Assembly: GCA_002269645.1 (NCBI GenBank)
Contig: NIVC01002446.1
Location: 1-64,000, forward strand
Source of the DNA: Macrostomum lignano
Taxonomy: Eukaryota
Direction of reading: 5' to 3'
DNA: 64,000 nt
Made by a program: the position numbers and the translations under genes. Positions within the stretch are counted from its first letter, which is position 1. Each line of letters starts with the position of its first letter. Positions 1 through 34,565 of the stretch are shown piece by piece. Under the pieces are notes generated by a model. It ran no database searches and was not told where the DNA came from. It worked only from the letters and a program-made list of their open reading frames with translations.

Positions 1-1157
1 CGCTTGGCAGCGATTGCGGCTCAGCGCGGTCTGCCGGGTTGTCCTCGCCTTTGCGGTATGTGCAGCTTGAACGTGAATTGCTGGGCTGCAGCATGATACG
101 CTCGAGCCGGGGCGGCGGCCTTGAGTCTGCTCTGTAGATCCCGAGCAGCGGCTTGTGGTTGGTGTAGATATCGAAAGTGCGGGCAGCCTTCCAGGTAAAA
201 GGCGAACTTCAAGCAGCCGAACTTGACGCAGGGCCTCGCGCTCAATCTGGCTGTAGCGCCGTTCGACGTCGCCGGGGACAACGATGAAGCGAACCTCCTG
301 GCTGTCCTGGCGGTTGTCACCTGCAGGCTGCAGGCTCCCAGGATGCTGAGCGGTTCTGAAGAGCGGAAGGCGAATACCTTTTCTGCGAGTTGTCTGCAGC
401 TGCGGGGGTCGCGGAAGTTTCCGCCAGGCTCTCTCTGTCAAGATATTGCAATCGGCCCCGCTGTCGACCAGGACTTCCAGCTGCGTTGAGTCGACTAGCA
501 CTGTTGTGCGGGCGCCCGCTGTAGCCGTCCCGTGGCCGCCACGGTCAGACAGAAGATGCTGCCTCCGGCTCTGAGCTGTCGCTGTCGCCTGCAGGGCGCG
601 ACGGCCTCCAACGGCCGGGAGAGGCAGGCCCTCGCCAGGTGGTTTCGCTTGCCGCAGCGCTTGCACGTCTTGCCTATGCTGCGTTGCATGTGCGATGGCC
701 TGGGACTCCGCATCTGATGCACGTGGCTTGCTTGCCTGGCTGCTGCTTGGCTGGTCCCTTAACTAGGCGCTCTACTGATGAGGCCGCTGCACCAGTGTCT
801 CGAAGCCGAAGTCGCTGTACCGCCGCCTCGTTTGATTCCATGAGGTTGCCGGAGTCTCTGCTGTCTCCATGGCTCTGGCCACCCGAAGCGCCTGCTCCAG
901 GTCGACATTGTCGATCGCTAGCAGCTTGCGGCGAAGCTTCTCTGAACTGCAGCCGGCGATCACCTGGTCACGGATCTGGGTGTGGGTGCTGGGGTCTGTT
1001 CGCAGGTCCAAGCGCGCTGGGCTTGGTAAGTTTAGCTGCGACGCCATTGTAGTGCTCGTAGTCCGCTTGGCGGTAAGAATCTTGGCCTCTAAGAGCCGTA
1101 TATTTGCGATATATATTCACGCAGCTGCCGACGTGCAGCAATGAGTTACGTAATACA
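1..1157 (-). mobile_element. Degenerate, internally deleted Ty3/Gypsy LTR retrotransposon (continues past window start)
   Basis: The minus strand reads in order: gag-like IRDQVIAGCSSEKLRRKLL...LEQALRVARAME (772-1047); zinc knuckle CKRCGKRNHLARAC (~620-665); protease LVDSGADCN (~435-470); then RNase H-like ERRYSQIEREAL..KFAFYLEG..FDIYTNHKPL..QFTFKLH(Y)RKGEDNPAD across several frameshifts. Confidence 0.88.
1049..1157 (-). repeat. Candidate short 5' LTR (~110 bp) followed by primer-binding site
   Basis: On the minus strand it starts TGTATTACG and ends ...CACTACA, followed 1 nt later by TGGCGTCGCAG (PBS-like, complementary to a tRNA 3' end ...GCCA). The partner LTR is outside the window. Confidence 0.55.
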
Positions 1158-1289
1158 TTGGGGGGTGCTGAGCACGTTGGCTAGAGAGCAAGAGAAAGTG
1201 CATTGTACACGCATAGGCTGCGCACACATTTGCGTAACTGGAAAGTGAGTTGTGAGTAAGAAGTTGTCGCAATAATAAAAATTTTCTCT

Positions 1290-1590
1290 TGTTTGGAGGG
1301 TGGAACTTTAGACTGTTCTGGTGACAGTTGCTGACTGTTGCTTCTGGTGGTGCCGGTGTCCGCAGCGTCCAGGAGGTGAATGGTCGCTTGCCGGTAGCCT
1401 GGTAGCGGACGAGCTGGCAGAGATTCTCGGGCATGAAAGCGTCGAAGAGATCCGTGTTGGGGCCAAGGTGGGATCCGCATTCTCAACACCGGAGAGGCAG
1501 GATGGGGTAGCTATGGGGTAGTCCTAGAGGTAGCAAGGCCTAGCGAAGCAACCGAGACCTAAGGGCCATGGTGACGAAATGACGCCATGG
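1290..1590 (-). pseudogene. Disrupted coding fragment homologous to 63040-63400
   Basis: VTMAL...HLGPNTDLFDAFMPENLCQLVRY...LRTPA with in-frame stops; aligns to the copy at 63.2 kb. Confidence 0.5.
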
Positions 1591-2122
1591 ACACGCACTG
1601 TTAAAATTTTGCAGCATCGCATTGCTCAGTCATCGAAGCGGTTACTTTTTAATAGATAAAATTAGTTTTTACCCCAGGACGAGCCTGCTCGGGTTATGCA
1701 AATGCAAGACTGGGTCCATCTGGCTGCATCCTCCTCGTGGCCGAGCTTCCATTCTCGCAATCAACCCTCCTCTCCCGCCGCCCCCCCCACCAGACCGCGT
1801 TCTCATCAGCGAAACTGTTAACAAAAAACACCTCCCTAGGGGCGATGCGGTCGAGTTGATGGTCCGGGGTAAGTTTTCTTGAGGAGGGGAGAGGGGAGAA
1901 ATTTTTTAGAGTCGCGCGCCTCACGTCGGATGAGAGCTGAGGAGCTCGTGCGCGAGAGACCAGAGGGGATAAAATCGAGGCCCAGTCTTCGTTTTTCATT
2001 AAAAAGGCTCCGCTAGACAGCCAAGATCGAGCCAGATGGTCCAGATCGGGCAGACCTCTTATGGGCATCCTTCAATCTCTTCCAGACCCCTTCTCCTGAT
2101 GACTGGGCCTGCTCTAATCTGC

Positions 2123-2129
2123 TCGCAAC

Positions 2130-2196
<67 letters not shown>
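2123..2196. repeat. (CT)n microsatellite
   Basis: Uninterrupted CT run. Confidence 0.97.
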
Positions 2197-2199
<3 letters not shown>

Positions 2200-2429
2200 T
2201 CTCTTTCTTTTACTCAAACAGGCGGGACCAGTAAATCTGGCCGACGCTGCAAAAAGCAAAAAAAGCAGTTGGTCTGGCGGTCTTGAACCAAACCAATTTG
2301 CAAATAAGCAGATGCTTTAGAAGCCTTGCTGTTGCTTTTAAAATTGGTTCGACTATATCTTTTTTGCATCCTGTTTGCTTTTTTCTTCATCCCAATTGGT
2401 GCGTAGCCGTCAGCAGTCTGCAGTCTGAT

Positions 2430-2690
2430 GTGGCCACAGACACCAGCTAATGCTGCTAATGCTTGAGAGCAGCAGAAGCTACAGTCTATGGTCTGAACCC
2501 CGGGGTTAGGGCCACAGACACCAGCTAATGCTGCTAATGCTTGATAGCAACAGAAGCTACAGTCTATGGTCTGAACCCTAAGATTAGGGCCACAGACACC
2601 AGCTAATGCTGCTAATGCTTTAGAGCAACAGAAGCTACAGTCTATGGTCTGAACCCTGGGATTAGGGCCACAGACACCAGCTAATGCTGT
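2430..2690. repeat. ~80-bp minisatellite, ~3.3 copies
   Basis: GGCCACAGACACCAGCTAATGCTGCTAATGC...GGTCTGAACCC repeated. Confidence 0.9.
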
Positions 2691-3759
2691 TCTTAGTCTC
2701 AGTTAATAATCTATAGATTGTAAATATGAATTTTTTAAGGCATTTTTATCGGGTTGAGCTCAGAGTAAAGAATGCTATAATTGGATTGAATGCATAATTG
2801 GCCACAACAATTTGTAATAAATTCAGATATTTCCAGATTAGAGGTTCCGACAGCCAAATAACGGATGCAGCAAAATCTGCTTTTTCTGACAGCAGCAAAC
2901 TACAGCCGCATAATCCAGCCTCACCTCGCTTTGGCGCCAACTGGCTGCGGAAAATTTGGGAAACAAATAAAACTTCACTTGGCCGCTTCCAGCTTCCAGA
3001 GGTGAGGAGGGGGGGGGGGTAGTCGTCCCGTTCTACCTGTTGTTTTTTGCAGTTTTGGCTACTCCCAAAAAACAGGGGAGACCGCCTTCCTCCATCCGTC
3101 TCTGCCCGCCCGGATGCAACCGATTGGGGAATTGAGTGGGGGGATGGAGAGCCAGGGAAGCTGTGTGGAAGTCCCGGGCTTGGGAAAACCCGTTGGGCCA
3201 GGTTAACTAATAATTAATGAGCCCGGAGCGCCCTCAGTGCAGCAGACTCCGTATTGTGACAAAGCCAGTCCGGAAGGGGGCTGCACCGGCGCACGGGAGA
3301 AGAGAGGCGGACAGAGCCGGCAGGGCGGCTGAATACGTGGCTCATTTTTCCGTTTCCTATAAAAAACGGCAAATCACCGACTCCAGCTTGGGCTTCTGGA
3401 GCGGCGCGAACGAGCTTACAAAGAAAAGAAGAAGAAGGGCGACACAGCTGGAGACCAGAGGCGTCGTTCAAGGACCTCGACAACCCCGAAGTTCCGAATT
3501 GGACAGAAAGCGCTCGAAGCCGCCCAGTGAGTGGCCGTCTCCCTCCGTCTCTCTCTCTCTCCCCCCCTCTCTCTCTCGCCCTTGAGCTTGGAGGAGACCC
3601 GTCGGCCTTCCTGCCAACCAACCGAGCCGGGCCAGTCAGAAGCAGACGGAGCCAGAGCCAGAAGACGGCTGCAACAGGAGAAGAAAGCAGAAATAGATTT
3701 CAGAAGAAGCTAATTTTGCCAGACTTGTAGATCTGCAACGAAAAGACTTCAGAGCTGAA

Positions 3760-27402
<23,643 letters not shown>

Positions 27403-28009
27403 CTAATATAACTCGTGCTCCAGTCGAAACAATACTTGTAATATGTAATTATGTACCAACTATACTCGACGTAGGATAGTACATTATATCGAGATTAAAA
27501 CTATTTTAAAATTCAAATGTTCCTATCTCGATGGCCAGTTTGAATTATATAGGTTGTACAATGTACAGTACAGTGGTTTTCTGTTTGTCACGCAGCTGTT
27601 GTACAGTTCAGCTAGCATTCGCTTTTCATAGTTCTCTCAATAATTGATGCTGAACGCAAATAATACTCCCCTGATTGCCATCTAGAGAGGATTTCACAGG
27701 GTACAATACACCCAAAGCCATTTAGGAAAATATGGCATGTTATTTCTTGTTGTTTTATAAACTCACCTGGGAAAGCTCATTCCCAGAGATTGCTCGTAAA
27801 AAGCCTACTCTCGAACGAGAAGCACTCTTCCTTATTATTGCCTTCAGTTTATATTGAGGGGCTATTTGCAACGAGACGGACTTTAACAGTGCTTGTCAGG
27901 ACTAATTTCATTAGCTGAGATGACTGACGGTAGTGATGAGGAGCCCATTTGAGCAATTTCCTCGTTTTAGTTTATGATGAACAGGTAAATTTAGCAGCAG
28001 AAGGTAATG

Positions 28010-28420
28010 GTGGCGGCCCAGCAACTGAGGGTCTGGGGGACTGGCTCAGCAACTGAGGATCTGGGAGGCTGGTCCAGCAACTGAGGATCTAGGAGACTGG
28101 CCCGGCAACTGAGGATCTGGGAGGCTGGCCCGGCAACTGACGATCTGGGAGGCTGGCCCGGCAACTGACGATCTGGGAGGCTGGCCCGGCAACTGACGAT
28201 CTGGGAGGCTGGCCCAGCAACTGAGGGACTTGGGAGGCTGGCCTAGCAACTGAGAATCTGGGAGGCTGGCCCAGCAACTGAGGATCTGGGAGGCTGGCCC
28301 AGCAACTGAGGATCTGGAAGGCTGGCCCAGCAACTGAGGATCTGGGAGGCTGGCCCAGCAACTGAGGATCTGGAAGGCTGGCCCAGCAGCTGAGGATCTG
28401 GGAGGCTCGCCCAGCAACTG
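28010..28420. repeat. 28-bp minisatellite
   Basis: GGAGGCTGGCCCAGCAACTGAGGATCTG unit. Confidence 0.95.
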
Positions 28421-29039
28421 ATGATGAGACAAGGGGACGAAACTTTAAGACATAAATAACCTTGAAACTACAACACTTATTCGAGTAAATAATTGCTGTT
28501 TAAAAGTGACAAAACACATGATTTTAACAAATAAAATGGTTAAATATCACCCGGAAGGGGCTGCGGCTGAGTACCGGTAGACAGATAGACATTTTCTCTC
28601 CGATAATATATTTGTTAATTTGTAATATTTATTTATACCTAGGACAAGTGTTCAGAAAAAAATGAAAAGCCAAGGGGATTCCACTATTAGAAAAAATTAA
28701 ATTATGTGCAGAAAATTAAAACGCACATACGCTTATTATTACTACTTAACGCATAACACATAAGTAGTACGAAAAGAGCATCTTGGCCTTTTAATTTAAT
28801 GCAATTTAGTGAACCTTCCGACGGCCAATAGTTATAGCCACTTCGATTCCATTAGAAGCCAAAAAGGCCCTCAGCCAGATTGACTAATACGAGTATGATG
28901 GATGTTAGCAGCTAAACATTTCTGCAAATAGATTTGATTATAGATTGCAACTTGTACGTATTTTTTAATTGACAAAGCTGTCGGTAACAGAGGCTGTCAT
29001 GCGAGATTTCCCTGACGCTAACCTGTAGGCGTTAACTGA

Positions 29040-29630
29040 ACGACCCGGAACTTAGAAGTGCATCATTCTTAACTTTACCCAAAAGTACACCAATAATCTC
29101 ACCCGGAAGTACATCCTCAGTCTCAACCGGAAGTTACATCCTCAATCTCAACCGAAGTTATATCAATAATTTCAACCGAAAGTGCATCCTCAATTACAAC
29201 CGGAAGTTACATCAACTCAACCGGAAGTACATCCTCAGTCTCAACTGGAAGTTATCTCAATTATCTCACCGAAATTCCATCAATAATCTCACCCGGAAGT
29301 ACATCAATTATCTCACCCGAAAGTACATAAATAATCTCACCCGAAAGTACATAAATAATCTCACCCGGAAGTACATCCTCAGCCTCAACCGGAAGTTAGA
29401 TCAATAATCTCACCCAAAAGTACATAAATAATCGCACCCGGAAGTACATAAATAATCTCACCCGGAAGTACATCCTCAATCTCAACCGGAAGTTACATCA
29501 ATAGTCTCAACCGGAAGTACATTCTTAATTTCAAACAAAATAGCCTTCTTAATCTAACCCAAGAGTCGATAACCTTAATATCAATTTGAACTTCCTGAAT
29601 GCCATAGTTAATACGAACCGGAAGTACGCC
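29040..29630. repeat. Degenerate ~24-bp tandem repeat built on CCGGAAGT
   Basis: AATCTCACCCGGAAGTACAT / TCAACCGGAAGT units. Confidence 0.85.
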
Positions 29631-29723
29631 AGTAAGCCAGGTTAACGCCAGTCATAAAACAATAAATTGTGTTCCCAAAAAGCAGAGAGAGAAGCAGCCT
29701 CGTAACAATTGCAACGCAAAGCC

Positions 29724-32700
29724 TTACTGCTCAGTCTTCTGCTGAGCAGCAGCTAGAGAAGCGAGTTCGGCTCGCACCTCATCAACGCAAGAGTCCCTAT
29801 CTACCAGTCGCTCTTTTCGGCTGGCAATGCAGCGCAGTTTCACTTTATTGTCGCGCAGCTCGGACTCGCCAATAATCAGCGCGATCGGCACTCCGGTGTC
29901 CTCGCAGTATTGAAATTGAGTCAGCAATTTTGGATTCGAGCGCAACGAGTGGGCGGCTGGGAGGCCGGCGCACCACAACTGGCCGCACAGGCGAAGCCGC
30001 TCCTCTAACAGGTTCTTCTGGGCGCTGCACACGTACACCTGGACAGCGGGGACGGGTGGGGTGCGGGTGTCACAGTGCTAAGGACCTGAGGACAATCGGA
30101 GTGCTAAGAGGGGGATATGAGGACAATGGAGTGCCAGAGTGAGGGATTTGAGGACACTGGAGTGCCAGATTGAGATATCTGAGGACACTGGAGTGCCAGA
30201 TTGAGGGATCTGAGGACACTGGAGTGCCAGATTGAGATATCTGAGGACAATGGAGTGCCAGATTGAGATATCTGAGGACACTGGAGTGCCAGATTGAGGG
30301 ATCTGAGGACACTGGAGTGCCAGATTGAGGGATCTGAGGACACTGGAGTGCCAGATTGAGGGATCTGAGGACACTGGAGTGCCAGATTGAGGGATCTGAG
30401 GACACTGGAGTGCCAGATTGAGATATCTGAGACACTGGAGTGGCAAATGAAGGGTTTAGAGCACCAGGAACCAATTTCTTGGGAGGTCACTTAGTAGTTC
30501 AATCCCTGTGGAGAAAACAATCCAGATAAAATCAGCTCACCTGAGTGGCAGTGGTCCGTATCTTCTGCTCCTTAGCCTTGTGCATCTGCTCCAATATAGT
30601 AAACAATCGTTCAACCCCGATGCTGAGTCCAACGCACGGTATGTCCTTCTTAGTGAACATGCCGACCAGTTTGTCGTAGCGACCGCCGCCGGCCACGCTG
30701 CCAACGGTGACGTTGCAGTCCGGCGTTGGCTCCAGTACAGCCTCATAGATCAGGCCGGTGTAGTAGTCAAGGCCGCGGGCCAGGCTCAGGTCAAATCGGA
30801 CTTGATCAGGGCAGCCTAACAGGCCCAGGTAGCGAAATAGTCGACTCATGTCGTCTAGGGCTTGCGTTACCTGGATTGGAGACAGTGGGAGTTTGAGATT
30901 GAGACTTTGAGATTTCAATGCTGACCAATCAGAGAGCTCCATTATGATTTCTAACCTGCTGACCAATCAGAGAGCTCCATTATGATTACTAATCCACTGA
31001 CCAATCAGAGAGCACCATTATGATTTCTAATCCACTGACCAATCAGAGAGCTCCATTATGATTACTAATCCACTGACCAATCAGAGAGCTCCATTATGAT
31101 TACTAACCTGCTGACCAATCAGAGAGCTCCATTATGATTTCTAACCTGCTGACCAATCAGAGAGCTCCATTATGATTTCTAATCCACTGACCAATCAGAG
31201 AGCTCCATTATGATTACTAATCCACTGACCAATCAGAGAGCACCATTATGATTTCTAATCCACTGACCAATCAGAGAGCTCCATTATGATTACTAATCCA
31301 CTGACCAATCAGAGAGCTCCATTATGATTACTAACCTGCTGACCAATCAGAGAGCTCCATTATGATTTCTAACCTGCTGACCAATCAGAGAGCTCCATTA
31401 TGATTTCTAATCCACTGACCAATCAGAGAGCTCCATTATGATTACTAATCCACTGACCAATCAGAGAGCTCCATTATGATTACTAACCTGCTGACCAATC
31501 AGAGAGCTCCATTATGATTTCTAACCTGCTGACCAATCAGAGAGCTCCATTATGATTTCTAACCTGCTGACCAATCAGAGAGCACCATTATGATTTCTAA
31601 TCCACTGACCAATCAGAGAGCTCCATTATGATTACTAATCCACTGACCAATCAGAGAGCTCCATTATGATTTCTAACCTGCTGACCAATCAGAGAGCTCC
31701 ATTATGATTTCTAACCTGCTGACCAATCAGAGAGCTCCATTATGATTTCTAACCTGCAGACCAATCAGAGAGCTCCATTGTGATTTCTAATCCACTGACC
31801 AATTAGAGAGCTCCATTATGATTTCTAATCCACTGACCAATCAGAGAGCTCCATCATGATTTCTAATCCACTGACCAATCAGATAGCTCCATTATGATTT
31901 CTAATCCACTGACCAATCAGAGAGCTCCATTATGATTTTTTAACCTGCTGACCAATCAGAGAGCTCCATTATGATTTTTTAACCTGCTGACCAATCAGAG
32001 AGCTCTGGAATATGTCTTGTTCGCTGACCAATCAGAGAGCTCATATCACTGACCTGTCAAGCTTTTTGAAACACCAACAACAAGCTCCAAGCCTCACCAT
32101 CGCATTCCCCTTCAGTGCGGGATTCTCTCTCAGCTGATCGACAAGATCGGCGCTCCCGCGCGGTGTCAGCACCAGCTGTCGAATCCGTTCGATAGGCTCG
32201 TCCGCCAGGCCTTTGTCCGACATCTCTTTGGCCACTTCGTCCCAGCTGCACTTGTCCAGCTTGTCAACTGCCGAGCAGATTGGCCGAAACAGTGCCTCGG
32301 ACACGCCGCAGCACTGGAAGATGCCGTCTAGCAGCAGGCGGTGATTCACTCGGACAGTGTAGTTGGAAAAGCCCAGGCCGGACAGGACCTCGGTGAGGAT
32401 GAGCACGCACTCGGAGTCGGCCAGCATCGGTTCGGATTCGCCAGCGATATCAAAGTCGCACTGGTAGAATTCCCTATAGCGGCCGCGGGTCATGGCTGGC
32501 TGGTCCCGTCTGTACACCGGGCCGATCTGGTAGCGCCGCATCGACTGCAGCTTGTTCATGGCCACGTAGCGGGCGAACGGCACCTGCGGCGAGCGACAGG
32601 GAGATTATAGAAAAAGGGAAAAAGACTGAGGGGATAATGGGAAAGTGACTAGGGGATTATGGGGATAGGGGAAGAGACTGAAGGGATTATGGGGATAAGG

Positions 32701-33410
32701 AAGCGACTGAGGGACTATGGGTATAGGGGAAGTTACTGGGGGATTATGGGGATAGGGGAAGCGACTGAAGGTATTATGGGGATAAAAGAAGCTACTAAGG
32801 GATTATGAGGATAGGGGAAGCGACTGAGGGATTATGGGGATAAGGGAAGAGACTGAAGGGATTATGGGGATAGGGGAAGAGACTGAAGGGATTATGGGGA
32901 TAGGCAAGAGACCGAAGGGATTATGGGGATAGAGAAAGAGACCAAAGGATTATGGGGATAGGCAAGAGACTGAAGGGATTATGGGGATTGGGAAGAGACT
33001 GAAGGGATCAATGGGGATAAGGGAAGAGACTAGGGGATTATGGGGAACCATGAACCAAAGCAGTGACTCACGGTGAGATCATAACGCAGACTCAGCAGTT
33101 CACCCCCCTGATCGCAGATATCATAGATCAGTTTAGAGTCCTCTCCATATTTGCCAGTGAGCACCTCCTTCAGCTCAGCGCCGGGTGTCTCCAAGCACTC
33201 GGCGTCGTGACTTTTGAAAACGCGAACAATTTTTTGCAGCACATCCTCGCGAACGGACATCTGCACTGGCGGGCGATCGTGCATGCCTTTGGGCACTTTC
33301 AGCACCAGCTTCTGGCGCTGCTGAGGCCGCTGCTGCTGCTTGGACTTATCGCCATCATCAGGCTGTGCAACAACAGGAGCTTCACTAACAACTGCAGCAT
33401 CGCTAGACAT
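29724..33410 (-). CDS. HARS: Histidine--tRNA ligase (class II aaRS), 4 exons, ~489 aa, no WHEP domain
   Basis: Exons 33410-33072, 32583-32098, 30870-30541, 30038-29724, all phase-0 GT-AG. Motifs [11 protein letters not shown]|[61 protein letters not shown], and anticodon-binding domain [12 protein letters not shown]. Confidence 0.96.
30085..30445. repeat. 31-bp minisatellite in HARS intron 3
   Basis: GAGGACACTGGAGTGCCAGATTGAGGGATCT unit. Confidence 0.95.
30920..32040. repeat. 38-bp CCAAT-containing minisatellite in HARS intron 2, ~29 copies
   Basis: CTGACCAATCAGAGAGCTCCATTATGATTTCTAACCTG unit. Confidence 0.97.
32600..33045. repeat. ~29-bp minisatellite in HARS intron 1
   Basis: GACTGAAGGGATTATGGGGATAGGGAAGA unit. 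Confidence 0.92.
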
Positions 33411-33664
33411 GATTCTAATGCGCCCGGTTGATTGGTTGCTAGGAAACAATATTGATTTGGTAATCTGTGACGCTGCAACCGCTAGTTGTCTGATTGATGC
33501 CGGCTTGTATAGCAGGCTGGAGGTCAGTGTTGTAGCTATAGTTGCATGCAATGTAGAGAAATAGCTCAATGCTTGCTTGCTATAATTTTAGAATGAGCTC
33601 TACTGGTGTGGCCTGTGGGACATTAAACTAGCACTAGGGGCGCTGGGGGTTGAATATCATTGAT

Positions 33665-33676
33665 AAAGATAGATCT

Positions 33677-33726
<50 letters not shown>

Positions 33727-33859
33727 CTTTAGATAGATGGATAGATAATTAGATAGATAGATAGATAGATCTTTAGATAGATGGATAGATAAGATAGATA
33801 GATATATAGATCTTCAGATAGATGGATAGATAATTAGATAGATAGATAGATAGACAGAT

Positions 33860-33922
<63 letters not shown>

Positions 33923-33943
33923 AAGACAGACAGACAGACAGAC

Positions 33944-34022
<79 letters not shown>

Positions 34023-34050
34023 TAGATAGGTAGATAGATAGATAGATACA
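33665..34050. repeat. (GATA)n/(GACA)n compound microsatellite between RPL38 and HARS
   Basis: Direct reading. Confidence 0.96.
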
Positions 34051-34292
34051 AGCAGCAGACTGGACATAAGCTACAAAACACAGAAATAAGTGTCAAACAC
34101 CAACTCCGCACAAATTCCATCAGCAGAGCTATTTCAAGGCTAAGCAAACGCACTCTACTCTTAAGTGTGGCAGCGTGTCAACTCAATGTATTGACCAGTT
34201 GCTGTAGCCAAACAGCCACTACAATCAAGCTTAACGCAGCAATCATTTGAACACAAATGAGCAAGCTGTCACTCAGGAACTGGCGCCACAAT

Positions 34293-34565
<273 letters not shown>

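Noticed and set aside
30508-33564. Plus-strand ORFs overlapping HARS exons
   Set aside because: Antisense shadows of GC3-rich coding sequence.
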